This document shows positions 8,593 through 17,506 of a DNA stretch of 64,000 nucleotides, piece after piece. Made by a program: the position numbers and the translations under genes. Source of the stretch: a bacterium (GTDB lineage: Bacteria; Zhuqueibacterota; Zhuqueibacteria; Residuimicrobiales; Krinioviventaceae); the NCBI GenBank assembly GCA_963674595.2, contig CAXXFV010000023.1, positions 352,001 to 416,000 of the forward strand. Direction: 5' to 3'. Below the pieces are notes generated by a model, which was not told the DNA's origin, made no database searches, and saw nothing but the letters and a program-made list of their open reading frames with translations. Each line of letters starts with the position of its first letter. The first letter of the stretch is position 1.

Positions 8593-10779
8593 ATGTTTGG
8601 TCTTCCGATTATAGATATTGTGGTTATTATTGGCTACTTTTTAGTAATAATTTTTATAGGAATGTGGTCGATGCGTCATATTAAAAATCAGGAAGACTAT
8701 TTTCTTGCTGGCAGGCGCTTTGGCAAACTGGTGCAAACTTTTGCAGCTTTCGGACAGGGTACATCCGTAGATACGGCCGTTGGTGTTTCAATGTCTACAT
8801 ATACCAACGGTGCCAGTGGTATTTGGATGTCTTTGTTAATGATTTTTGCCACCCCTATGTATTGGTTAACCTCTCCTTGGTTTCGAAGATTGCGTTTGTT
8901 AACAATGGGTGATTTTTTTGAAGAACGTTACGGTTCAAAACGAATGGCCGCTCTCTATTCAATTGTCGGTACAGTCGGTATGATGGCAGCCATTGCTATT
9001 GCATTTACTGCAATGTCAAAAACAATTGTGGCTATTACACCCAAAGATGTTGATCAATTTACACAGGAAGAACGGATTGAATATCAAAGGGCAATAGAAC
9101 TGGAAAAACTGGAAAGCATTGATTATGCCACTCTTTCCGCTGTGGAACGATCAAAACTCGTGGATTTACAGCTAGAAAATCCACGAAAAATATTCTCTCA
9201 TATTCCTGAAACAGCATTGATCTGGTTTATTTGTTTGGTTGTTATCATATATGCTGCTGCCGGTGGTTTGGAGGCCGCCTTTTTAACGGACTTGCTTCAG
9301 GGTATGTTTATTATTTTTCTTTCCTTACTCATGTTACCTTTTGCCTGGGGAAAGATTAATACGATGTTTGGGGGGCATAATATAAAAGATGCTTTGGAGA
9401 TTATTCATCACAGGCTGCCGGAATCATTTATTGATATAACCGGATCACCGACGGCTATTGATTTTACATGGTATTATATTGCTGCTCTTACATTGATGTC
9501 TGTTATAGGTGTTGTTATAGCACCAAATATGCTGGTTGCAACCGGTTCGGCAAAAGATGAATTTACAGCCCGGGTCGGCTTTACTACCGGAAATTTTATG
9601 AAAAGATTTTGCACGGTTCTGTGGGGTTTGTTTGGTCTGGCCGCTATTGTTCTTTATAGTCAAACAGTCCACAATCCGGATTTTGTATGGGGCTATGCCA
9701 CACGAGATTTGCTTGGACCGTTAAATATGGGTTTGGTGGGTCTTATGATTGCGTGCTTGATGGCAGCGTTAATGTCCACGGCTGATTGTTTAATGATCAC
9801 AGCCTCAAGCTTGCTGACACATAATATTTATCGGCCATTTATCATTGGAAAAAGCGAGCGTCATTATGTTTTAATGGGACGTATCTCCGGTGCTTTGGTT
9901 GTGCTTGGTGGCGCTTTAATCGCTACCCAGTTTGATAGTTTGTTCGTAATTATGAAGTTTGCCTGGGAAATTTATATCGTTGTAACGGCCAGTTTTTGGC
10001 TGGGTATGAAATGGAGACGGGCAAATCGCAAGGCGGCATGGGCTTCTATGATCGCTACTTTACTAGTTTTTTCTTTGGGTCAAATGTTAGTGCCTGCATT
10101 TTTTCCGTCTTTAAGAACCAATCCTGACTTTTTAAAAATGACACATCCTGATCCTCTTACACGGATTTACACAGCTCATGAAATGGATGTGGAAGAAAGA
10201 CAAAGACAGATTGAAAAGTGGGAAGAGCTGGATATGCAGGGTAAAGCAATTAGTCAAAAACCGATGCCTATAAATGTAGGTGAAAAGTTTACAAAAATTG
10301 AAAAGTTGCCTCAAAAGCCAATATACTGGACACAGGGGATAAAAAAAGATAAGGATGGTAATAAATACGGATGTGGTTTTATAAGCCCGGAACTTGTATT
10401 GATTGATAAATTGGGTTTTGATTTAACGAAAAATCCTTTTGCATTAAACGAGACATTGCGAATATTGATTCGAACGATTTTTCCTTTTGCAGTTCTTTTT
10501 TTAGTGGCCTTTTTTACAAAGCCCGATGATAAAAAACGGCTTGATAGATTTTATGCTAAAATGAAAACGCCGGCATTAATAGACCACGAAGAGGATGCAA
10601 AGGAACTGGCTTTATCCTATGAAAATCCACATCGATATGACCATATCAAGTTATTTCCCAATTCTAATTGGGAGCTTTACAAGTGGGATAAAGAGGATAC
10701 GGTTGGCTTTCTTTTATCTGTTGTTGTTTTAATTGCAATTATAGGTATGCTTTATGTTGCTGTAGCAATTGGAGGTTAG
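8593..10779 (+). CDS. Sodium:solute symporter (SSS) family transporter
   Basis: AGGAG RBS; DYFLAGR, FFEERYG, GGLEAAFLTDLLQG and AALMSTAD motifs; many transmembrane helices. Confidence 0.92.
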   Translation: MFGLPIIDIVVIIGYFLVIIFIGMWSMRHIKNQEDYFLAGRRFGKLVQTFAAFGQGTSVDTAVGVSMSTYTNGASGIWMSLLMIFATPMYWLTSPWFRRLRLLTMGDFFEERYGSKRMAALYSIVGTVGMMAAIAIAFTAMSKTIVAITPKDVDQFTQEERIEYQRAIELEKLESIDYATLSAVERSKLVDLQLENPRKIFSHIPETALIWFICLVVIIYAAAGGLEAAFLTDLLQGMFIIFLSLLMLPFAWGKINTMFGGHNIKDALEIIHHRLPESFIDITGSPTAIDFTWYYIAALTLMSVIGVVIAPNMLVATGSAKDEFTARVGFTTGNFMKRFCTVLWGLFGLAAIVLYSQTVHNPDFVWGYATRDLLGPLNMGLVGLMIACLMAALMSTADCLMITASSLLTHNIYRPFIIGKSERHYVLMGRISGALVVLGGALIATQFDSLFVIMKFAWEIYIVVTASFWLGMKWRRANRKAAWASMIATLLVFSLGQMLVPAFFPSLRTNPDFLKMTHPDPLTRIYTAHEMDVEERQRQIEKWEELDMQGKAISQKPMPINVGEKFTKIEKLPQKPIYWTQGIKKDKDGNKYGCGFISPELVLIDKLGFDLTKNPFALNETLRILIRTIFPFAVLFLVAFFTKPDDKKRLDRFYAKMKTPALIDHEEDAKELALSYENPHRYDHIKLFPNSNWELYKWDKEDTVGFLLSVVVLIAIIGMLYVAVAIGG

Positions 10780-10845
10780 AAAATACTAAAAATATGATTA
10801 TTATTCATCTGAGTTTACTACTTTACTAACTAATCTGGAGCTGTT

Positions 10846-13800
10846 ATGAAACATTTAAAGTTTTTGTTTTTTGTTTTAATAGTATTTTATATTATAGGGT
10901 GCCATTCTGGATTCAAAAAGAAAGCACCTGTTGATTATGTCAATCCTTTTATCTGTTCCGAGGGAGACCATGGGCACCAGCACCCGGGTGCCTGTGTTCC
11001 GTGGGGAATGGTGGTATTGGGACCGGACACCTATCCCAGCAGTCTGACCGGCAATGGCAACTGGGCGCATTCCGGATATAATTATTCGGATTCTTATGTC
11101 CGCGGTTTTAGTCACATCCGCATTGTTGGTTCCGGTGGAACAAGTATTCGTGACCGTGAAAATATGGTAACTTTGTTGCCGGGAACCGGAAACGCTGAAA
11201 TTAAACCGGAGAAACGGTTCACTCATATTGATAAAAGCACAGAGAAAGCAAGCCCCGGTATTTACAGCGTTGAACTTGACAGTGCACAGATTAAAGTTGA
11301 TCTGTCTGCAACAGCTCATACCGGTTTTCATAAATACACGTTTCCCAAGACGGAACAGGCTTTTATATTTTTTAAAATCGGAAATGCAAGGCGAAAGTCA
11401 GGCGCTTATTTGGAAATCAGTAATGAGAATGAAATTTCCGGATATGATTCCGATCGTTTGTTTTTTTATATTAAAATCGATAAACCTTTCAAAACCGCTT
11501 TAACCTGGAAAGATACAACTTTATTAAAAGAAAATAAAGTTACGGGCGGTTATATTGGTGCTGTTTTTAATTTTGAAACCAAAGAGGACGAGGTCGTTCA
11601 GGCCAAAATCGGTTTTTCCACAGTAAGTATTGAGGATGCCAAAAAGAACCTGGAAGCTGAAATTCCGGATTGGGATTTTGATTTATGCACCGAGCAAGCC
11701 CGAGCTGCCTGGGCAGACCGCTTGGGTGTGGTTGAACTGGAAGGCAATGAAGAGTATAAGCAAATATATTATACCCATTTGTATCAATCCTATATAACAC
11801 CTTGTAATATTACCAACGTTTCTAAAAAGTATACAGGTTCAGACGGCAAGGTCCATGAGGCCGAGGATTATACTTTTTATGCGAATTATTTGTTCTGGGA
11901 CGAATACCGCACAAAATATTCATTGTTGTCTTTGACTCAGCCGGATGTTTATAAAGATATTATACGTTCTTTGCTGGATATTTATGAAAAAGGATTTTTG
12001 ACGAGTCCCTTTCTTGCCTGTAATCATCAGCATATGATCACTGTTATTGCGGATGCACAGGCTAAAGATTGTATTGACCATAGTATTGAAAAAGCCTACC
12101 CAATTATGGTTGATCTGATCAGCAAAAAGCACTTTAGAAGAAAAGGCTATGCAAAGAATAATCTTGCTGAACTCAGAAACAAATTTGGTGAAATCGGTTA
12201 CATTCCAACACGGCCTGATTATACGTTAGAATATTCCTATGATTGCTGGTGTGCTGCTCAACTTGCTAAAAGTATCGGAAAAGAGCAAGATGCCCGTGAG
12301 TACGTGCGGCGGTCAGAATTTTATAAAAATGTATGGGACAGCACTGCTCCATTTTGGCGGGGAGAAGCTGAAAATATTTTTGGTTTTTTTCGGGCCCGGG
12401 ATGAGAATGGCGAATGGCTGGAGTTCCCGCATGATCCGCGTGTGATTGATGAAAAATATGTTTATGAAGGCAGCATGTGGCACTGGCGCTGGTTTGTTCC
12501 TCATGATGTTAAAGGTTTGATTGAGTTGGTAGGCGGCAATGAAAAATTTGTAAAGGATTTGGATTATTTTTTCAGTCATAACCTTTATCAACCGGGCAAC
12601 CAACCGGATTTGCAGTCGCCTTTTATGTTTAATTTTGCCGGTGCACCTTGGTTAACGCAGAAATATGTTCGAAGAATATTAACAGAACCGGTGACAAGCT
12701 ATTTCGGGACCCATGAATTTTTTGATGAACCGATCCATGGCCGTATATTTAAGGCCACTCCGGATGGATATGTGCGTGAGATGGATGATGATTTTGGCTG
12801 TATGTCCGGCTGGTATGTTTTGAGTGCAATGGGTTTATATCCGGTTTGTGTCGGAGATCCTGTATATCAACTTACGGCCCCTATTTTTGAAAAAGTTACG
12901 ATATATCCTGATAAAAAAGCTCACCCGGAAAAGACATTTACGATTATTGCCAACAATTTATCTGCCAAAAATATTTATATTCAATCGGCAACTTTGAACA
13001 ATCAACCTTATAACAAAAGTCAAATTGCCCATAAAGATATTGTAAAGGGAGGAACTTTAATATTTGAAATGGGTGATCAGCCCAATAAAAAATGGGCAAG
13101 TCAAATGACTGATATCGCAGGTTTAACGGATTCCATGGAGTATGAAATGGTAAAAAAAAAATTAAATTATAAAATGATTTTATTAATATCTTGTTTTTGT
13201 ATTGGCTTTGCCTTTGCACAAGCACCTCATTCAGATTCTCAAAGTCAGAAAAATTCTGTTTTTAACATAATGGATTTTGGTGCTGTTCCGGATGGTAAGA
13301 CCATAAACACATCAGCTATTCAAAAAGCCATACAAAGTGCTTATGAAAACGGCGGCGGAACGGTTTTTATACCGCCAGGTGTATTCTTGTCCGGGTCTTT
13401 AAAACTTTTTGATAATGTTGTTTTTTATTTGGAAGCAGGTGCAACTATTTTAGGGAGTCGTGATTTAAAAGATTATGATGAAAACCATTTGATCGTTGCA
13501 AGAAATGCAAAGAATATAACAATCACAGGAAGTGGATGCATCAATGGCCAGGGAGACGCTTTTTGGGAGAGTCGTACTGAAGAACCGGAGTGGATGCTTG
13601 GGCGTGCCGAATATGGTTATGTACCTGCTTTTAAATTTCAGGCTAAAAAACGCCCCAAATCAATGATTGCATTTATAGGATGTTCTGATGTAAGATTGGA
13701 AAATATATTCCTTAAAAATTCACCAGCCTGGACAGTACATTTTGTTGCATGTGATTTTGTGAATGTAAAAGGCGTTCGCATCCGAAATCTCGTTCATGGC

Positions 13801-14838
13801 TGTAATACGGATGGTTTGGATATTGAGGCATGCCGTGATGTTCTGGTATCGGATTGTGATATTATTGCCGGAGACGATGCAATCGTTTTAAAAAATAAAA
13901 ACACAGAGAATTTAAAACGAACATGCCGAAATATAACTGTTACAAATTGTCTACTTGCTACGACCTGTAATGGTTTTAAAATAGGTACCGAAACTCAGGC
14001 TGATTTTGAAAATATCATCTTTACTAATTCTGTCATTAAAAGAGTGGAAGAATTTGAGTTGCAAACAGAAATTGCACCGGAAATGATAACCAATGAAAAG
14101 CCGGAAAACCTGGGACCCTTGGGCGGAGTTGCTCTGGAAACGGTTGACGGCTGCCATGTTCATAATATTGTTATTTCAAATTTGGTGATGGATGGTGTTC
14201 GTGCACCGATATTTATAAGGCTTGGTAACCGGGGCAGAGGGCAGACCTCAGAGCCTACCATACCGGGCAAATTATCAGATATTTTAATTGAAAACATTAT
14301 TGCGAAAAATGCTTCAATTACTTCTTCCATTACAGGCCTGCCAAATTATCCGGTTGAAAATGTGACCATAAAAAATGTAAAAATCACTGCTGCCGGTGGC
14401 GGCACAAAAAAAATGACTGAACGTACGATACCTGAAGAAGAGAAAAAAGGTCCCGATTCTATTATGTTCGGACCGTTACCGGCCAGTGGTCTTTTTTGCC
14501 GGCATGTAACAGGACTTGAATTACGTGATATTCAAATACCGTTTGACCAGAAAGAAGAACGACCACTATTGTGGTGTGACGATGTTTCGGATCTGGTCGT
14601 TGAAAATTTGAAATCAAATCAATATCTTTTTAGTGATCGTTTTATTCATTTCAATAATGTACGTAACGGACAGTTTTTTAATTCAGCCTATGCTGCAAAT
14701 GTAAAGCGACTTTTGAAAATAGACGGTCCTTTATCTGAGAATATTTATATCGCTTTATATAACTGGAATAAAAATCAGACACCATTTGAATTAACCGATC
14801 AGGTTTCGGATAAAATAGTTGGTTTTGTTAACTTTTAG
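10846..14838 (+). CDS. Read-through ORF joining a GH92 alpha-mannosidase-like lipoprotein (about aa 1-753) and a GH28/pectin-lyase-fold glycosidase (about aa 768-1330)
   Basis: GH92 part: DYVNPF, PGACVPWGMV, YEG, GNQP, DDDFGCMSGWY, GGTLIFEMG..PNKKW. GH28 part: FGAVPDG, NTDG, GDDA, KIGTE. Confidence 0.85.
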   Translation: MKHLKFLFFVLIVFYIIGCHSGFKKKAPVDYVNPFICSEGDHGHQHPGACVPWGMVVLGPDTYPSSLTGNGNWAHSGYNYSDSYVRGFSHIRIVGSGGTSIRDRENMVTLLPGTGNAEIKPEKRFTHIDKSTEKASPGIYSVELDSAQIKVDLSATAHTGFHKYTFPKTEQAFIFFKIGNARRKSGAYLEISNENEISGYDSDRLFFYIKIDKPFKTALTWKDTTLLKENKVTGGYIGAVFNFETKEDEVVQAKIGFSTVSIEDAKKNLEAEIPDWDFDLCTEQARAAWADRLGVVELEGNEEYKQIYYTHLYQSYITPCNITNVSKKYTGSDGKVHEAEDYTFYANYLFWDEYRTKYSLLSLTQPDVYKDIIRSLLDIYEKGFLTSPFLACNHQHMITVIADAQAKDCIDHSIEKAYPIMVDLISKKHFRRKGYAKNNLAELRNKFGEIGYIPTRPDYTLEYSYDCWCAAQLAKSIGKEQDAREYVRRSEFYKNVWDSTAPFWRGEAENIFGFFRARDENGEWLEFPHDPRVIDEKYVYEGSMWHWRWFVPHDVKGLIELVGGNEKFVKDLDYFFSHNLYQPGNQPDLQSPFMFNFAGAPWLTQKYVRRILTEPVTSYFGTHEFFDEPIHGRIFKATPDGYVREMDDDFGCMSGWYVLSAMGLYPVCVGDPVYQLTAPIFEKVTIYPDKKAHPEKTFTIIANNLSAKNIYIQSATLNNQPYNKSQIAHKDIVKGGTLIFEMGDQPNKKWASQMTDIAGLTDSMEYEMVKKKLNYKMILLISCFCIGFAFAQAPHSDSQSQKNSVFNIMDFGAVPDGKTINTSAIQKAIQSAYENGGGTVFIPPGVFLSGSLKLFDNVVFYLEAGATILGSRDLKDYDENHLIVARNAKNITITGSGCINGQGDAFWESRTEEPEWMLGRAEYGYVPAFKFQAKKRPKSMIAFIGCSDVRLENIFLKNSPAWTVHFVACDFVNVKGVRIRNLVHGCNTDGLDIEACRDVLVSDCDIIAGDDAIVLKNKNTENLKRTCRNITVTNCLLATTCNGFKIGTETQADFENIIFTNSVIKRVEEFELQTEIAPEMITNEKPENLGPLGGVALETVDGCHVHNIVISNLVMDGVRAPIFIRLGNRGRGQTSEPTIPGKLSDILIENIIAKNASITSSITGLPNYPVENVTIKNVKITAAGGGTKKMTERTIPEEEKKGPDSIMFGPLPASGLFCRHVTGLELRDIQIPFDQKEERPLLWCDDVSDLVVENLKSNQYLFSDRFIHFNNVRNGQFFNSAYAANVKRLLKIDGPLSENIYIALYNWNKNQTPFELTDQVSDKIVGFVNF
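13147..14838 (+). CDS. Probable independently initiated GH28 family glycoside hydrolase, in frame within the read-through ORF
   Basis: GGAG at 13137-13140 lies 6 nt upstream of in-frame ATG 13147. A complete signal peptide follows (MVKKKLNYKMILLISCFCIGFAFA-Q), then NTDG and GDD motifs. Confidence 0.7.
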   Translation: MVKKKLNYKMILLISCFCIGFAFAQAPHSDSQSQKNSVFNIMDFGAVPDGKTINTSAIQKAIQSAYENGGGTVFIPPGVFLSGSLKLFDNVVFYLEAGATILGSRDLKDYDENHLIVARNAKNITITGSGCINGQGDAFWESRTEEPEWMLGRAEYGYVPAFKFQAKKRPKSMIAFIGCSDVRLENIFLKNSPAWTVHFVACDFVNVKGVRIRNLVHGCNTDGLDIEACRDVLVSDCDIIAGDDAIVLKNKNTENLKRTCRNITVTNCLLATTCNGFKIGTETQADFENIIFTNSVIKRVEEFELQTEIAPEMITNEKPENLGPLGGVALETVDGCHVHNIVISNLVMDGVRAPIFIRLGNRGRGQTSEPTIPGKLSDILIENIIAKNASITSSITGLPNYPVENVTIKNVKITAAGGGTKKMTERTIPEEEKKGPDSIMFGPLPASGLFCRHVTGLELRDIQIPFDQKEERPLLWCDDVSDLVVENLKSNQYLFSDRFIHFNNVRNGQFFNSAYAANVKRLLKIDGPLSENIYIALYNWNKNQTPFELTDQVSDKIVGFVNF

Positions 14839-14897
14839 TACGACGGATGATATTATTCATTTAAAATTTTTTGTTTAATAAAAGATAAGGAACTCAC

Positions 14898-16631
14898 ATG
14901 CAGGTAATCGATTATTCAATTGTTGGAATTTATCTAATTGCATTAATTCTTTTCGGATTTTATTTACGTAAAAAAGCAACTCAGGGAATGGATGAATATT
15001 TTTTAGGGGGCAGAAAAATACCATGGTGGATTCTTGGTATTTCCGGAATGGCTTCTAATCTTGATATGACCGGCACAATGGTCATTATTTCATTTTTTTA
15101 TATTATCGGAGTTAAAGGTTTTCTTATCGAGCTTCGCGGCGGAGTTTGCCTGGCTATGGCTTTTTTTATGATCATTATCGGAAAATGGCATAGCCGTGCA
15201 GGTGTTATGACTGTTGCTGAATGGATGGAATTCAGGTTTGGTAAGGGACGACAAGGTGAAATAGCCAGATTGTTAAGTACAATTGCAACGGTTATTACGA
15301 CAATTGGAATGGTCGCTTACTTTTTTGTCGGCACAGGAAAATTCCTCTCAATGTTCTTGCCTTTTTCTCCTCTTGTTTGTTCTTTGATTATGATAGCAAT
15401 CGCATTGTTTTATACGGCGTTGAGCGGCATATATGGCGTGGCATATACGGATTTAATTCAGTCTCTGTTAATTGGATTTGCTACCGTTTTTATTTCAATA
15501 AAGGCATTTTTAACTGTAGATTTTCAAACTATCCAATCAATGACGTCTGTTGGATGGACTGAAGTGTTGCCGTCATGGAGGATGGATATGCCGTCTGGTT
15601 ATGAAATATATAACCTGTTTGGTCTTTCCGTTGTCTTTTATTTTTTAAAAGTATTTATAGAAGGTTTTGGCGGTCCACAAGGCTATATGGCGCAGCGTTA
15701 TTTTTCAGTAAAAACAGACCGGGAGGCCGGTTTAATGTCTGCATTCTGGACCACTCTTTTATCATTTCGCTGGCCTTTTATTATCGCCGTTGCTCTGTTA
15801 GGATTAACACTCGGTACCAAAGTGCAGGATCCTGAAATGGTGCTGCCGATGGTTCTGGTTTATTTAATACCAACTGGAATCAAGGGCCTTGTTATTGCCG
15901 CATTGATTGCGGCTGCTATGTCGACTTTTGATTCGACAATAAATGCAGGCGCTTCTTATTTAATAAATGATGTGTATTATAAATACATGAATCCAAAAGC
16001 CACTGAAAAACAACTAATAAATGCCAGTTATGTTGCATCAACTTTAATTGTGGTTGTTGGAATTATTATCGGAGTAATTACACCAACTATTAATACAATA
16101 TGGGGATGGATAACGATGAGCCTGGGGGCGGGTATGATTATTCCGCTTTTTGTACGTTGGTATTGGTGGCGATTAAACGGATATGGTTTCGCGATTGGAA
16201 CCGGAGCTGGTATTGTGGGTGCAATTTTACAGAAAGCATTCTTCCCGTTTTGGCCGGAATGGGCGGCATTTCTTGTCGTTAGTTTTATTTCTCTTGCCGG
16301 TATGCTGATTGCCACTTTATTAACAGAAGCGACACCAAAAGAAGTGCTGGAAAATTTTTATTTTAAAACGCGCCCTTTTGGATTTTGGGGACACATTAGG
16401 AAAAGTTTTAACCAGGAGATTATCCTCTCTGTTAAAAAGGAAACCCGTTGTGATCTGATTTCATTGGTTTTTGCAATACCATGGCATATTTCATTATTCT
16501 TGACCCCAATTCATTTTGTATTACATCATTGGTCCCGGTTTTATATTTTTCTGGCAATCTTGATTGTTTCATCAATTGGTTTATATTTCTTTTGGTACAA
16601 GAATTTAAACAAAAACGTAATAACTGAATAG
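14898..16631 (+). CDS. Sodium:solute symporter (SSS) family transporter
   Basis: EYFLGGR, WMEFRFG, YTDLIQ, AQRYFS and AAAMSTFDS motifs. Confidence 0.92.
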   Translation: MQVIDYSIVGIYLIALILFGFYLRKKATQGMDEYFLGGRKIPWWILGISGMASNLDMTGTMVIISFFYIIGVKGFLIELRGGVCLAMAFFMIIIGKWHSRAGVMTVAEWMEFRFGKGRQGEIARLLSTIATVITTIGMVAYFFVGTGKFLSMFLPFSPLVCSLIMIAIALFYTALSGIYGVAYTDLIQSLLIGFATVFISIKAFLTVDFQTIQSMTSVGWTEVLPSWRMDMPSGYEIYNLFGLSVVFYFLKVFIEGFGGPQGYMAQRYFSVKTDREAGLMSAFWTTLLSFRWPFIIAVALLGLTLGTKVQDPEMVLPMVLVYLIPTGIKGLVIAALIAAAMSTFDSTINAGASYLINDVYYKYMNPKATEKQLINASYVASTLIVVVGIIIGVITPTINTIWGWITMSLGAGMIIPLFVRWYWWRLNGYGFAIGTGAGIVGAILQKAFFPFWPEWAAFLVVSFISLAGMLIATLLTEATPKEVLENFYFKTRPFGFWGHIRKSFNQEIILSVKKETRCDLISLVFAIPWHISLFLTPIHFVLHHWSRFYIFLAILIVSSIGLYFFWYKNLNKNVITE

Positions 16632-16645
16632 AGAGAGGTAATAAT

Positions 16646-17479
16646 ATGAATTATAGTAGATTGAGCCTGAAAATTTTTGCTTTGTGTTTGACCGGGATAA
16701 TTCTTTTTGGATGCAACGGACAAAAAGCGCCGAAAAAATTCATCCTTATCGCTCATCGTGGTGTTGTCGGTGAGGGAGTAATTGAAAACAGCCTGGCTTC
16801 GACGGAAGAAACGATAAATGAAGGCTATACCCATGTTGAAGTGGATTTACGTTGTATGAAAGACGGTACAATTATTTGTTTTCATGACCGCACGTTAAAG
16901 AGGGTGTTTGGAATTGACAAAGATATCACACAACTAACTCTTGACGAATTAAATGAATTGGCGGCAAATACAGATGCAGGATCCATTCCTACGTTTGAAG
17001 AATTTTGTTCCAATATTCAGGGGCGTCTCAACCTGATGCCTGATGTTAAAAATTGTAAACCGGAACAGACTGAGCAATATGTTTCAGACATTGTTCGGAT
17101 ACTTGAAAAGTATGGTTTGCTACAGGATGCACTGATAATAGGCAGTAAAGAAATTTTACCCAAGTTTTATGGCAAGGGTAGAATAGCCTGGAGAGACAGA
17201 CTGGCAGAGGCACAGAAATCAGAAAAGGCTCACAACAATCCGGCAAAATATTTTTTCATTTTTAATCATGGTGAACATTTTGACAAAACAGAAATCGACG
17301 GATTTCACAAAATGGGGTTACCGGTTATTGTCAGTATTAATACCTGGCATTATCCCGATGATGATCCCGGACTTGAAAGTGGTAAGGCAGATATCAAACG
17401 TTTAATTGAGTTGGGCGTCGATGGTTTGCAGCTTGATTCTCAATACGGAGATTTTGCGTTTTCCTGTTTGAAAAAATAA
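16646..17479 (+). CDS. Lipoprotein glycerophosphodiester phosphodiesterase (GDPD) family protein
   Basis: LFGC lipobox; IAHRG, ENS, EVD, KDG..ICFHD and GVDG motifs; paralogue of 545-1405. Confidence 0.88.
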   Translation: MNYSRLSLKIFALCLTGIILFGCNGQKAPKKFILIAHRGVVGEGVIENSLASTEETINEGYTHVEVDLRCMKDGTIICFHDRTLKRVFGIDKDITQLTLDELNELAANTDAGSIPTFEEFCSNIQGRLNLMPDVKNCKPEQTEQYVSDIVRILEKYGLLQDALIIGSKEILPKFYGKGRIAWRDRLAEAQKSEKAHNNPAKYFFIFNHGEHFDKTEIDGFHKMGLPVIVSINTWHYPDDDPGLESGKADIKRLIELGVDGLQLDSQYGDFAFSCLKK

Positions 17480-17506
17480 TATATTGAACAAGAGTAAGAG
17501 TCAGCC

